Shown one piece after another: positions 27,913 to 36,759 of a stretch of 64,000 nucleotides of DNA. Source of the DNA: Bacteroidota bacterium (lineage in GTDB: Bacteria; Bacteroidota; Bacteroidia; AKYH767-A; 2013-40CM-41-45); the NCBI GenBank assembly GCA_043747595.1, contig JAYTOX010000054.1, positions 3,287-67,286 of the forward strand, written 5' to 3'. How positions within the stretch are numbered: the first letter of the stretch is position 1; each line of letters begins with the position of its first letter. The translations under genes and the position numbers were made by a program. The notes under the pieces were generated by a model that ran no database searches, was not told the origin of the DNA, and was given only the letters and a program-made list of their open reading frames with translations.

Positions 27913-29427
27913 CTATCTTTTTTTAGTTCCGAAGAGCATTCCTAGAAGGCCACGAGTAACTAATCCTGCCACCTGTTTAACGATAGGATTTTTAGAAACA
28001 GCAGCAATAGTTCCTGCGATATTCATTCCTGAATCTTTATCATCTTGAACTACCGTTTTTGGAACTTCCTTTCCGTTGTTATTCTCAGGTTGCATTTTGT
28101 TGGTCAACATTTCATAGGCACTTGTTCTATCAATTACTTGATTGTAAGAAGCAGCGATCGAAGAAGAATTAACAATCTGGTCTTGTTCTTCAGAAGTTAA
28201 AATATCCATTCTAGTAGTTGGAGGAGAAAGTAGAACGTGAACTAAAGGGGCAGGAATACCTTTTTCATTTAATACAGAAATCATAGCCTCACCTATTCCC
28301 ATTTCAGTCATAAGTAATTCCGTTTTATAAAATTCTGTCTCCGGATAATTCTGAGCAACTAGTTTAATATCCTTTCTATCGTTGGCAGTAACTGCGCGCA
28401 TCGCATGTTGAATTTTTGATCCTAACTGCCCGAGAACAGATTCAGGGATATCGGAAGGTACTTGAGTACAAAAATAAATTCCAACACCTTTCGATCTGAT
28501 CAATTTTATTACTTGCTCTAGCTGATCCATTAATGCTTTCGTTGCATCTTTAAAAACAAGATGTGCTTCATCAATAAAAATGGCAAGCTTTGGAGCAGCT
28601 TTATCGCCCATTTCAGGAAAAGTTTTGTAAATTTCTGCAAGAAGACACAGCATAAAAGTCGAAAACAATTTAGGTTTATCCTGAATATCACACAAACGAA
28701 TCACACTTAAAAAACCATGACCATTAGCATCTTTTCGTAGTAGATCATTTACTTCAAATGATTTTTCGCCGAAGAAAACATCACCGCCTTGCTGTTCTAC
28801 TTCTAAAAGCTTACGCATAATTACACCTGAGGTTGCAGAAGTAATTGCACCGTATTCTTTGATTTGATCTTTACCTTCGTTAGTTAAGTATCGTAAAGCT
28901 TCACGAAAATCTCTTATATCCAATAATGGCATCTGATGATCGTCACAAAATTTAAAAATGATTGTAACAGCGCCTTGCTGATTATCATTCAGCTCAAGAA
29001 TCTTAGATAATAAAAGGGGACCAAATTCCGAAACAGTAGCTCTGAGTCGTAAACCTTTCTCTTTTGAAATAGACATTAATTCGACAGGCATTTGAGAAGG
29101 CTTCCAATCAATACCAATTTTTCCAGCTCGCTCAGTAATTTTAGGATTCTCAGTTCCAGGCCTCGCGATACCGCTTAAGTCGCCTTTTATATCCATTAGC
29201 AAAACACCAATACCTTTTTGCGAAAGAGACTCCGCCAAAACTTGAATAGTTTTTGTTTTACCGGTACCCGTTGCCCCTGCAATGAGGCCATGTCGACTTA
29301 CCATGTTCAATGGTAATTTAACAAGTGTTTTTTCAACAGCAGCTTTGTCTAACATTGCAGTTCCAAGAATAATTGAATCGCCTTGAAAAGCAAACGCCGA
29401 ATCGATAGTTGTTTTAAAATCAGACAT
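27913..29427 (-). CDS. HerA-like P-loop ATPase, DUF853 (YjgR) family
   Basis: 504 aa. Walker A is GATGTGKT and the Walker B-like region is AIFIDEAH. The overall pattern is that of the DUF853/helicase HerA-like family. Confidence 0.8.
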   Translation of the reverse strand: MSDFKTTIDSAFAFQGDSIILGTAMLDKAAVEKTLVKLPLNMVSRHGLIAGATGTGKTKTIQVLAESLSQKGIGVLLMDIKGDLSGIARPGTENPKITERAGKIGIDWKPSQMPVELMSISKEKGLRLRATVSEFGPLLLSKILELNDNQQGAVTIIFKFCDDHQMPLLDIRDFREALRYLTNEGKDQIKEYGAITSATSGVIMRKLLEVEQQGGDVFFGEKSFEVNDLLRKDANGHGFLSVIRLCDIQDKPKLFSTFMLCLLAEIYKTFPEMGDKAAPKLAIFIDEAHLVFKDATKALMDQLEQVIKLIRSKGVGIYFCTQVPSDIPESVLGQLGSKIQHAMRAVTANDRKDIKLVAQNYPETEFYKTELLMTEMGIGEAMISVLNEKGIPAPLVHVLLSPPTTRMDILTSEEQDQIVNSSSIAASYNQVIDRTSAYEMLTNKMQPENNNGKEVPKTVVQDDKDSGMNIAGTIAAVSKNPIVKQVAGLVTRGLLGMLFGTKKR

Positions 29428-29476
29428 AATTTTTATTTAATACTTTTTATAAAGTTACTTGGATTGAATTGAATTA

Positions 29477-30676
29477 TCAAGAATAAAATTTCATGTTTTC
29501 AGTTGCCATTTTCTTAAGAAGAGGAGACGGTCTATAACGTTCTTCTCCATAAAAATCTTTCAATGTAGTTAATGTAGTGAGAATTTTTTTAGCTCCAATT
29601 TCATCACACCATTTGAGTAATCCTTTCGGATAATTAACACCTTTGAGCATGGCAGTATCAAGATCGTCGCGGTTAGCCACATTCAAATATAATGTATCAA
29701 TTGCTTCGTTGATGAGCATTGAAATAACACGCATAAAAATTTTCTCAGCAAGAATATTATCTTTCATAGGTTCAGGAACCGGTTGAGATAAAGCGTAGTT
29801 ATAGTAACCAATTCCCGACTTCTTCCCAAATCGTTTTGCTTCGAACAATCGTTTTTGGGTTAGCGACGGTTTAAATTTAGGGTCATAAAAAAATTGAGTC
29901 CAAACCGTTTCTGTCACTGTATAATTAATATCGTTCCCAATAAGATCCATTAATTCGAAAGGTCCCATTTTAAAACCACCCATTTCTTTCATTGCCCAAT
30001 CGATTGTAGAAAATCCAATCGTTCCGTTAGGAGTTCCTTCCCACGATTCCTCATGTATTCGAATAGCTTCACCGTAAAAAGAACGAGCAACACGATTAAC
30101 GATAAAGCCGGGAGTATCTTTTACAATAACAACCGACTTACCCCAATCGGTAATAAGTTGTTTGAGTGAAGTTGCTAAATTTTCATGAGTAGATATTGCC
30201 GGAATGATTTCAACGAGCGGCATGAGAGGGGCAGGATTAAAAAAGTGAATTCCTATTACACGTTCCGGATGAATGCAAGCGGCAGCAATTGAAGTAACCG
30301 ATAAAGAAGAAGTGTTGGTAGCAAGAACACAAATATCATTTACAATTTTTTCAAGCTGAGAAAAAACAGATTGTTTGATTTCTAATTTTTCAATGATGGC
30401 TTCAATTACCAACTCACACGAATGAAAATCGTTCATAGAAGTTGAAAAAGAAATTCGCTGTAAAAGTTGATCAGCCTGTTCACGAGTATACTTACCCTTT
30501 TCAGTCAGTTTATCGAAAAGCGATTTTAATGAGACTTCCGCCTTTCTCAAGACAGCAGAATCGACATCGAATAAAATGGTGGGATGACCAGCCGCAGCGG
30601 CAACTTGAGCAATACCGGAACCCATTGTTCCGGCTCCGATAATCCCTATTTTGGATGATTTTGAGAATTCTTTCAT
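29477..30676 (-). CDS. paaH: 3-hydroxyacyl-CoA dehydrogenase (PaaH-like)
   Basis: 399 aa. Rossmann motif IGIIGAGTMGSGIA followed by the 3HCDH N- and C-domains. It is the first gene of the paa operon on the minus strand. Confidence 0.8.
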   Translation of the reverse strand: MKEFSKSSKIGIIGAGTMGSGIAQVAAAAGHPTILFDVDSAVLRKAEVSLKSLFDKLTEKGKYTREQADQLLQRISFSTSMNDFHSCELVIEAIIEKLEIKQSVFSQLEKIVNDICVLATNTSSLSVTSIAAACIHPERVIGIHFFNPAPLMPLVEIIPAISTHENLATSLKQLITDWGKSVVIVKDTPGFIVNRVARSFYGEAIRIHEESWEGTPNGTIGFSTIDWAMKEMGGFKMGPFELMDLIGNDINYTVTETVWTQFFYDPKFKPSLTQKRLFEAKRFGKKSGIGYYNYALSQPVPEPMKDNILAEKIFMRVISMLINEAIDTLYLNVANRDDLDTAMLKGVNYPKGLLKWCDEIGAKKILTTLTTLKDFYGEERYRPSPLLKKMATENMKFYS

Positions 30677-30829
30677 AGTAGATGAGGGGTAAAAGTAGTA
30701 ATATTTTCAACTGTCATAAGAATAAATCTTCGGAGCTAATACTATAAATAAGTCATTTTCAACTATTTATATATTTCATTATTTTGACAAAAAGTGATTC
30801 AATTTCCTTGGAATATTAGTGTGTTTATG

Positions 30830-30837
30830 TATATTTG
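30830..30837 (+). promoter_or_regulatory. -7 promoter box TAtaTTTG for rpsT
   Basis: Exact TAnnTTTG match 65 nt upstream of the ATG at 30902. Confidence 0.4.
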
Positions 30838-30901
30838 CAACCCCTAAAAACACATAAGGGCGTCGTGAGAGCGGCAGATCACTATAAAGAAAAATAATAC
30901 A

Positions 30902-31156
30902 ATGGCAAATCATAAGTCGTCAAAAAAGAGAATCCGTAGCAACGAAGCGAAAAAAGATCGTAACCGTTACCAGGCTAAAACACTTCGTAATGCAATCAAG
31001 AATTTCCGCGCTGTTACAGTAAAGAAAGACGCTTCAGAAGCTCTTCCTAAATTGACGTCAATGCTTGATAGATTAGCAAAGAAGAATGTTATTCATAAGA
31101 ATAAGGCTTCTAACTTAAAATCAGAATTAGCTGTTCACATCAACCATTTAAAATAA
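30902..31156 (+). CDS. rpsT: 30S ribosomal protein S20
   Basis: 84 aa. MANHKSSKKRIRSNEAKKDRNRYQ... is a typical S20 sequence. Confidence 0.95.
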   Translation: MANHKSSKKRIRSNEAKKDRNRYQAKTLRNAIKNFRAVTVKKDASEALPKLTSMLDRLAKKNVIHKNKASNLKSELAVHINHLK

Positions 31157-31173
31157 TCGGTTTTCAATAAAGA

Positions 31174-31204
31174 AAAAGGGTCTCATACAGGACCCTTTTT
31201 TTTT
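31174..31204 (+). terminator. Rho-independent terminator after rpsT
   Basis: GGGTC stem, loop, GACCC stem, then T9. Confidence 0.75.
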
Positions 31205-31262
31205 GTATCATTTCTCCGCTTATAGTGATTGTAAGGAGAAAAAAGGATGCCGTACTTGTGGT

Positions 31263-31952
31263 ATGGAAAATCATCTATCATTGAAATTATGGGCAGAAGA
31301 AGATCGGCCGAGAGAGAAGTTAATGACAAAAGGCAGGCATACCTTGAGTGATGCAGAACTTTTAGCAATTTTAATTGGTACCGGAACGAAAAACGAAACC
31401 GCAGTTGAGTTAGCGAGAAAAGTATTAATTACCCATGAAAACAGTCTGAACAAACTAAGTAAACTGAATGTAAACGATCTGACAAAAATAAAAGGCATAG
31501 GGCAAGCCAAGGCAATTAACATTTTGGCTGCATTAGAATTAGGCAAACGAAGAAGAGAAATAATAGAAAGCAAAGTTGCGCAGATTACAAGTAGTAAAGA
31601 CGCCGTTGATATTTTTCAGCCAATACTTGGAGATCTACTACACGAAGAATTTTGGGTTTTGTTCTTGAATAGAGCTAATAGAATTTTAAAAAAACAACAA
31701 ATTAGTACAGGAGGAATGAGTGGAACCGTTGCAGATCCACGAATGATATTCAAAGCAGCACTCGATGAAAAGGCGATTGCAATAATTTTATGTCATAATC
31801 ACCCTTCCGGAAATACGCAACCAAGCAGTGCCGATATTCAGTTAACAAAAAATATTGTAGAGGCCGGAAAAGTATTGGAGATAAACGTACTTGACCATCT
31901 GATAATAACTCAAAGCAGCTTTTATAGCTTTGCTGACGAGGGCATAATTTAG
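31263..31952 (+). CDS. radC: RadC-family JAB/MPN domain protein (UPF0758)
   Basis: EDRPREKL N-terminus, HhH region and JAMM motif CHNHPSGNTQPSSAD. I chose the ATG at 31263 (MENHLSLK...) rather than the track start at 31203, which overlaps the terminator. Confidence 0.88.
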   Translation: MENHLSLKLWAEEDRPREKLMTKGRHTLSDAELLAILIGTGTKNETAVELARKVLITHENSLNKLSKLNVNDLTKIKGIGQAKAINILAALELGKRRREIIESKVAQITSSKDAVDIFQPILGDLLHEEFWVLFLNRANRILKKQQISTGGMSGTVADPRMIFKAALDEKAIAIILCHNHPSGNTQPSSADIQLTKNIVEAGKVLEINVLDHLIITQSSFYSFADEGII

Positions 31953-32014
31953 ATTCATTTTTATGGCAATTCAATAACAAAGATATATCTTAGCAACCAT
32001 AGCAAAAGATACCA

Positions 32015-33316
32015 TTGTTACTGATTTATACCACAGCATCGACGCCAAGATTGCGTTACATTTTTGATTTGATCTTAACTGATCTTTCAGGAATTTCTTT
32101 TGAATTAACTCAAGATGCTGATCAATTTATTTTTCATACAGGTCCCAAATTCAATTATAGCGAAAAGTTATTCGGAGATGAATTATTTTTTTTCGCATCA
32201 AAAATATTATTCGAGAAAAAAATTCAATCACAAGATCTATCTGTATTAGACTGGAACGATACTAAAGCTTTTTTTGCAACACATCCAAAATACATACTTC
32301 CCTTCGACCCATTCGCGGCTTCGTTTTATATGGTAACGAGATACGAAGAATATCTTCCGTTTATTCCTGACAAACATGGCCGTTTTGAAGCGTCGGAGAG
32401 TATGGCTTTTCAGAAAGGATTTTTGCAGAAACCGATTGTAAATATTTACGCAAAAAAAATTAAAGAGATTTTATTGGATCTTTTTCCAACTTTACCACAT
32501 CAAGAAAAAAAATACCAATATATATCTACAATCGACATTGATAATGCATGGGCTTTTAAACACAAAGGAATAATAAGAACCGGCGGTGCACTTATTCGTT
32601 CACTGAGTAAATTAGAACTTAAAGATGTATTTGAAAGATTGAGTGTGCTCTTCAATAAAAAAAAAGACCCATACGATACATACGATCATTTGTTTGAGAT
32701 ACAGAGTAAATACAATTTAAAAAGTATTTTCTTTTTTCTGCTGGCAGACTATGGCGAGAATGACAAAAATGTATCGATTGCTCAGATAAAATTCCAGTCA
32801 TTAATTAAAAAAATAGCCGACTATTGTGAAGTTGGTATTCATCCATCGTATGCTTCCAATCTCGAAATAAATAAATTAAAGCTAGAACAAAAAAGACTTC
32901 AAAAGATTATTAGGCGAGAGATTAAATTAAGTCGCCAACATTTTTTGAAGTTAACATTCCCAAGAACGTATCATGATTTGATTGATTGCGATATTACAGA
33001 TGATTATACGATGGGATTCTCAGGAGAAATAGGATTTAGAGCCGGGATCTGTTCATCCTATTATTTTTATGATCTGGATAGAGACGCTCCAACACGCTTG
33101 AGAATTCACCCTTTCGCAGTGATGGACGCTACACTAAGATATTACATGAAAATTCAACCTGCTGAAGTGATGAGTTATGTAGGCCCGTTGATAAAACAAG
33201 TGAGAGCAGTAAATGGAACATTTATTTCACTGTGGCACAATGAATCGTTGTCGGGAATAAAACCATGGGAAGGATGGCAAGAAGTATATGAAGAGATAGT
33301 AAAAGCAGCAAGATAA
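32015..33316 (+). CDS. Conserved hypothetical protein, polysaccharide-deacetylase-like
   Basis: 433-aa ORF with a TTG start. Assignment to the deacetylase-like superfamily is from memory of similar Bacteroidetes annotations and is not verified here. Confidence 0.45.
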   Translation: MLLIYTTASTPRLRYIFDLILTDLSGISFELTQDADQFIFHTGPKFNYSEKLFGDELFFFASKILFEKKIQSQDLSVLDWNDTKAFFATHPKYILPFDPFAASFYMVTRYEEYLPFIPDKHGRFEASESMAFQKGFLQKPIVNIYAKKIKEILLDLFPTLPHQEKKYQYISTIDIDNAWAFKHKGIIRTGGALIRSLSKLELKDVFERLSVLFNKKKDPYDTYDHLFEIQSKYNLKSIFFFLLADYGENDKNVSIAQIKFQSLIKKIADYCEVGIHPSYASNLEINKLKLEQKRLQKIIRREIKLSRQHFLKLTFPRTYHDLIDCDITDDYTMGFSGEIGFRAGICSSYYFYDLDRDAPTRLRIHPFAVMDATLRYYMKIQPAEVMSYVGPLIKQVRAVNGTFISLWHNESLSGIKPWEGWQEVYEEIVKAAR

Positions 33317-33317
33317 A

Positions 33318-34235
33318 TTGATCCACTACATTAAACATACAGAAATAGATAAAAAAAAATGGGATGAATGTGTTGAATCGTCGCCATCAGGTCTCGTTTA
33401 TTTTTCATCGTGGTACTTAGATATTGTTTCACCTGGCTGGGAAGCAATGGTGGAAGATAATTACGAATCCATATTCCCGTTATGTGGAAGAAAAAAATTC
33501 GGTTTTAATTATTTATACCAGCCATTTTTTACTCAGCAGCTGGGATTAATTTCCAAAAATAAAGTCAGTACAAAAGATAAGCTAGCTAATTTCATAGCTC
33601 AGATTCCTTCTAAATTTAAATTAGTAGAAATTAATTTAAATACCGAAAACCATTCTGATCAAATTGAGAAGTACACACTTCACAAAAAAAGAACTCATCA
33701 TTTATCTTTAGAAGATTCAGCTGAAAATATCAAGAAAAATTATTCCGAGAATTTATCAAGAAATATAAAAAAAGCAATTAAAGCTGAAATAAAAATTGAA
33801 AGCACGACTGACTATCTTCCAATCATAGAACAATTTAAAAAAGAAAGAGGAAGAACGATAGAAACATTAAAAGAAAAAGATTACAAGACACTCATTAGTT
33901 TGGTTGAAGAAGGGTTGAGAAAAAAGCAAATAGAAATATATACGGCGTCTAACTCAACCGAAAAGAACATTGCAGGAGCAATTTTTTTGAAATCCTTTCA
34001 CTCCTACATCTTCCTTTTTTCAGCAGTAGGAAACGCCGGAAAGCAAAGTGGAGCAATGAGTTTAATTATAGATCATTTTATTGAAAATCATACAATGGAG
34101 AATAAACTCCTTGATTTTGAAGGCTCAATGGATGATCAGCTTGCTCGTTTTTATAAAAGTTTTGGTTCGCAGGAAATCGTATATTTACAAATCAAAAAGA
34201 ATAACCTCCCTCCTATCATTCGTCGATTTAAATAA
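33318..34235 (+). CDS. Conserved hypothetical protein, FemAB/GNAT-like acyltransferase fold suspected
   Basis: 305-aa ORF with a TTG start 2 nt after the previous stop. The N-terminus IDKKKWDECVESSPSGLVYFSSWYLDIVSPGWEAMV resembles GNAT/FemAB-like hypotheticals. This is a weak call. Confidence 0.4.
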   Translation: MIHYIKHTEIDKKKWDECVESSPSGLVYFSSWYLDIVSPGWEAMVEDNYESIFPLCGRKKFGFNYLYQPFFTQQLGLISKNKVSTKDKLANFIAQIPSKFKLVEINLNTENHSDQIEKYTLHKKRTHHLSLEDSAENIKKNYSENLSRNIKKAIKAEIKIESTTDYLPIIEQFKKERGRTIETLKEKDYKTLISLVEEGLRKKQIEIYTASNSTEKNIAGAIFLKSFHSYIFLFSAVGNAGKQSGAMSLIIDHFIENHTMENKLLDFEGSMDDQLARFYKSFGSQEIVYLQIKKNNLPPIIRRFK

Positions 34236-34245
34236 CTACAAAGCT

Positions 34246-34893
34246 ATGGTACACGATTTAAGTTTAAGCAACTCTATTATCAATCAGTTTGTGGCCGAGC
34301 TGCGTGATGTTTCCATTCAAGGAGACAGAATGCGTTTTAGAAAAAACCTTGAGCGTATAGGAGAAATTTTTGCTTACGAGATTTCCAAGACCATTACTTT
34401 TGAAACAAAAGAGATTACAACTCCATTAGGAATTGCTAATGTGCCTGTAATGGCAGAACATCCAATAGTAGGAACAATATTGAGAGCCGGACTTCCACTC
34501 CATTACGGCTTACTAAATTATTTTGATCAAGCAGACAATGCATTCATTAGTGCGTATAGAAAGCACCATAAAGATGGAAGCTTCGATATCAAGTTAGAAT
34601 ATGTTGGTAGTCCTTCATTAACAAACAGAGTGTTGATTTTATGTGATCCGATGTTAGCAACAGGATCATCGATGGTGATGACTTATAAGGCTCTGATGGA
34701 TAAAGGCATTCCAAAGCACACGCATATTGTTTGTGCATTGGCAAGTGTACAAGGAATAGAGTATGTAAAAAGAAATATGCCGGAGAATGTTACTATATGG
34801 GCGGCGGCTATTGATGAAGAACTTACGGCGCAATCTTATATTGTTCCAGGACTTGGTGATGCCGGAGATCTTGCCTTTGGCAGCAAGCTATAA
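34246..34893 (+). CDS. upp: Uracil phosphoribosyltransferase
   Basis: The PRPP-binding motif is VLILCDPMLATGSS and the C-terminus is YIVPGLGDAGDLAFG. I chose the ATG at 34246 (MVHDLS...). The track start at 34081 would overlap the upstream gene. Confidence 0.93.
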   Translation: MVHDLSLSNSIINQFVAELRDVSIQGDRMRFRKNLERIGEIFAYEISKTITFETKEITTPLGIANVPVMAEHPIVGTILRAGLPLHYGLLNYFDQADNAFISAYRKHHKDGSFDIKLEYVGSPSLTNRVLILCDPMLATGSSMVMTYKALMDKGIPKHTHIVCALASVQGIEYVKRNMPENVTIWAAAIDEELTAQSYIVPGLGDAGDLAFGSKL

Positions 34894-34925
34894 TCAAAAT
34901 TCTTTTCTTGGTTTAAACAATTACA

Positions 34926-35495
34926 TTGGAAGGATTTCTTAAAATACTTACGTTAATATTAATTAGCAGTGTAAAATTTGCTTTTGGTCCATCGTTTGCC
35001 TATTTGAATGAGAAATATGATTACACATGGTTGGAGACAAACATCTATGCAATCATGGGAGGAATGATTGGAGTAATTATTTTTATACACATTTCTGACT
35101 GGCTGATTTCTCTCTGGGAAAAAGTAAGAGAGTTAGTCTTCAAAAGAAAAAGAAGAAGAAATGAAATGTTTTCGGCTCCCGTGGCCGACACACCCGAGTT
35201 CCTGGAAATTCATTATCAATATGTGGAAAGCATGGTTCCACCTACAAAAAAGATTTTCACAAAACGAACAAGAAAAATAGTTAGAATATGGAAACGATAT
35301 GGGCTTATGGGATTAGCAGCATTGACACCGGTTATATTTTCTATACCACTCGGAACTTTTTTTATGACACGATTAGAAAAAAATAAGAAAAAAATAATTC
35401 TGTACATGTTCATTTCTATTACTTGTTGGTCGTTGATAATCACAACTTTTTTTCAATTCACAGAAAACAGAACACTCCACGATATTATAAAATAA
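34926..35495 (+). CDS. Hypothetical small membrane protein
   Basis: 189-aa ORF (TTG start) with about 4 hydrophobic helices and a basic loop. No family was recognised. Confidence 0.5.
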   Translation: MEGFLKILTLILISSVKFAFGPSFAYLNEKYDYTWLETNIYAIMGGMIGVIIFIHISDWLISLWEKVRELVFKRKRRRNEMFSAPVADTPEFLEIHYQYVESMVPPTKKIFTKRTRKIVRIWKRYGLMGLAALTPVIFSIPLGTFFMTRLEKNKKKIILYMFISITCWSLIITTFFQFTENRTLHDIIK

Positions 35496-35554
35496 AAAAG
35501 CTAATAATTAATCACAGTAATCTTTTTGAAAATTAGATTTACACAAATACCATT

Positions 35555-36250
35555 ATGAGTAGATACAAACATATCTTTTTTGACCTCGACAATACGATTT
35601 GGGATTTTGATAAAAATAGTTTAGAAACTTTAACTAATTTATATATTTCACATAATTTAGAATCGTTAGGAGTACAATCTTTCGACACATTTCATAAAGC
35701 GTATGTAGATAGAAATGCGATGATGTGGGATCAATATCGTTTAGGAAAAATTGATAAGCTTACATTGAGAGATAAACGCTTTGAGCTAACTTTTTGGGAT
35801 ATGGGTTTGGACCCTGACTTAGTACCTAAAGCACTTGCGATAGATTACCTAAAGCAAAGTCCTTTGAGAAATAAATTATTCCCACATGCTCATGAAGTGC
35901 TAAGCTATTTAAAAGAAAAATATGTACTCCACATTATTACCAATGGATTCGAAGAAGCACAAACAATAAAAATGGAAGCTTCCGATCTGAATAAGTATTT
36001 CGGCGAAGTGATAATAAGTGAGCATACCGGATTTCGCAAACCAGATATAAGGATCTTTGAGTATTCAATACAAAAAACAGGAGCCGACCCTGAAGAAAGT
36101 TTAATGATAGGCGATGGGCTTGAAGTAGATGTGTTAGGAGCAATTTCTGCAGGATGGGATGCAGTGTACTTTAATCCATTAGAGATTCCACATACCGAAT
36201 CTCCAACTTATGAGATTCGTTCTTTAGATGAATTAATAAAATTATTGTGA
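35555..36250 (+). CDS. HAD-IA hydrolase, YjjG-like noncanonical pyrimidine nucleotidase
   Basis: 231 aa with HAD motif I (IFFDLDNTIWDF), motif II (ITNG) and motif IV (GDGLEVDVLGA). Confidence 0.8.
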   Translation: MSRYKHIFFDLDNTIWDFDKNSLETLTNLYISHNLESLGVQSFDTFHKAYVDRNAMMWDQYRLGKIDKLTLRDKRFELTFWDMGLDPDLVPKALAIDYLKQSPLRNKLFPHAHEVLSYLKEKYVLHIITNGFEEAQTIKMEASDLNKYFGEVIISEHTGFRKPDIRIFEYSIQKTGADPEESLMIGDGLEVDVLGAISAGWDAVYFNPLEIPHTESPTYEIRSLDELIKLL

Positions 36251-36269
36251 TAGAAAAATTTCAGAAACA

Positions 36270-36305
36270 AAAAAAGAGGTTACCCAATGGATAACCTCTT
36301 TTTTA
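36270..36305. terminator. Bidirectional rho-independent terminator between convergent genes
   Basis: AGAGGTTA stem, loop, TAACCTCT stem, flanked by an A-run and a T-run. Confidence 0.75.
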
Positions 36306-36322
36306 TTGACCTCTAAAAAAAA

Positions 36323-36577
36323 TTATTTTGTTCCGTTAGAAGATTTAGTTGTTTCAGCAGCTTTACCGGCTTTCTCACAAGCAGCTTTTTGATCGTGAGT
36401 ACATGCTTTAGCGTCTTTGTTGTTCTTGCAACAAGCAGCATTAGCTTTAGCACAACAAGCAGCTTTTTTCTCTGTTGCCGCTGGAGCTTTTGTGTTGTCA
36501 ATTGATTTTGTTTCCTGCGCAAAAGTGCTGGCAGTAAAAATTGCTGTGAAAGCAACGAGGGCGAATACTTTTTTCAT
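36323..36577 (-). CDS. Small secreted Lys/Ala/Cys-rich protein
   Basis: 84 aa. The signal peptide is MKKVFALVAFTAIFTASTFAQ. The mature part is ...KKAACCAKANAACCKNNKDAKACTHDQKAACEKAGK. It has its own -7 box and terminator. The two other-frame ORFs here lack any such features. Confidence 0.7.
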   Translation of the reverse strand: MKKVFALVAFTAIFTASTFAQETKSIDNTKAPAATEKKAACCAKANAACCKNNKDAKACTHDQKAACEKAGKAAETTKSSNGTK

Positions 36578-36614
36578 TTTTCTTATTATAGGATTTAAGT
36601 TGTTTGTCTTGAAT

Positions 36615-36622
36615 CAAAAATA
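36615..36622 (-). promoter_or_regulatory. -7 promoter box (TAttTTTG on the minus strand) for the small Cys-rich gene
   Basis: Plus-strand CAAAAATA lies 38 nt upstream of the ATG at 36577. Confidence 0.4.
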
Positions 36623-36759
36623 AACATTTAAAACAATATAATTAATAAGAAAGTTAAGAAGCAGTGTTTTTACCCAAAAAATAGCGTTCTTTAACATTGT
36701 TTAACTGGGAATAACCACTAAAATCAGGATCGTTTTCATACATTCACGACGATTTACTT

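Noticed and set aside
34081-34245. N-terminal extension of upp from the track start
   Set aside because: It would overlap the preceding gene by about 150 nt and adds a non-homologous basic peptide. The ATG at 34246 gives a canonical Upp N-terminus.
36313-36623. Two other ORFs overlapping the small Cys-rich gene (36313-36555 minus, 36417-36623 plus)
   Set aside because: Only the 36323-36577 frame has a signal peptide, a -7 box at the right distance and a terminator.
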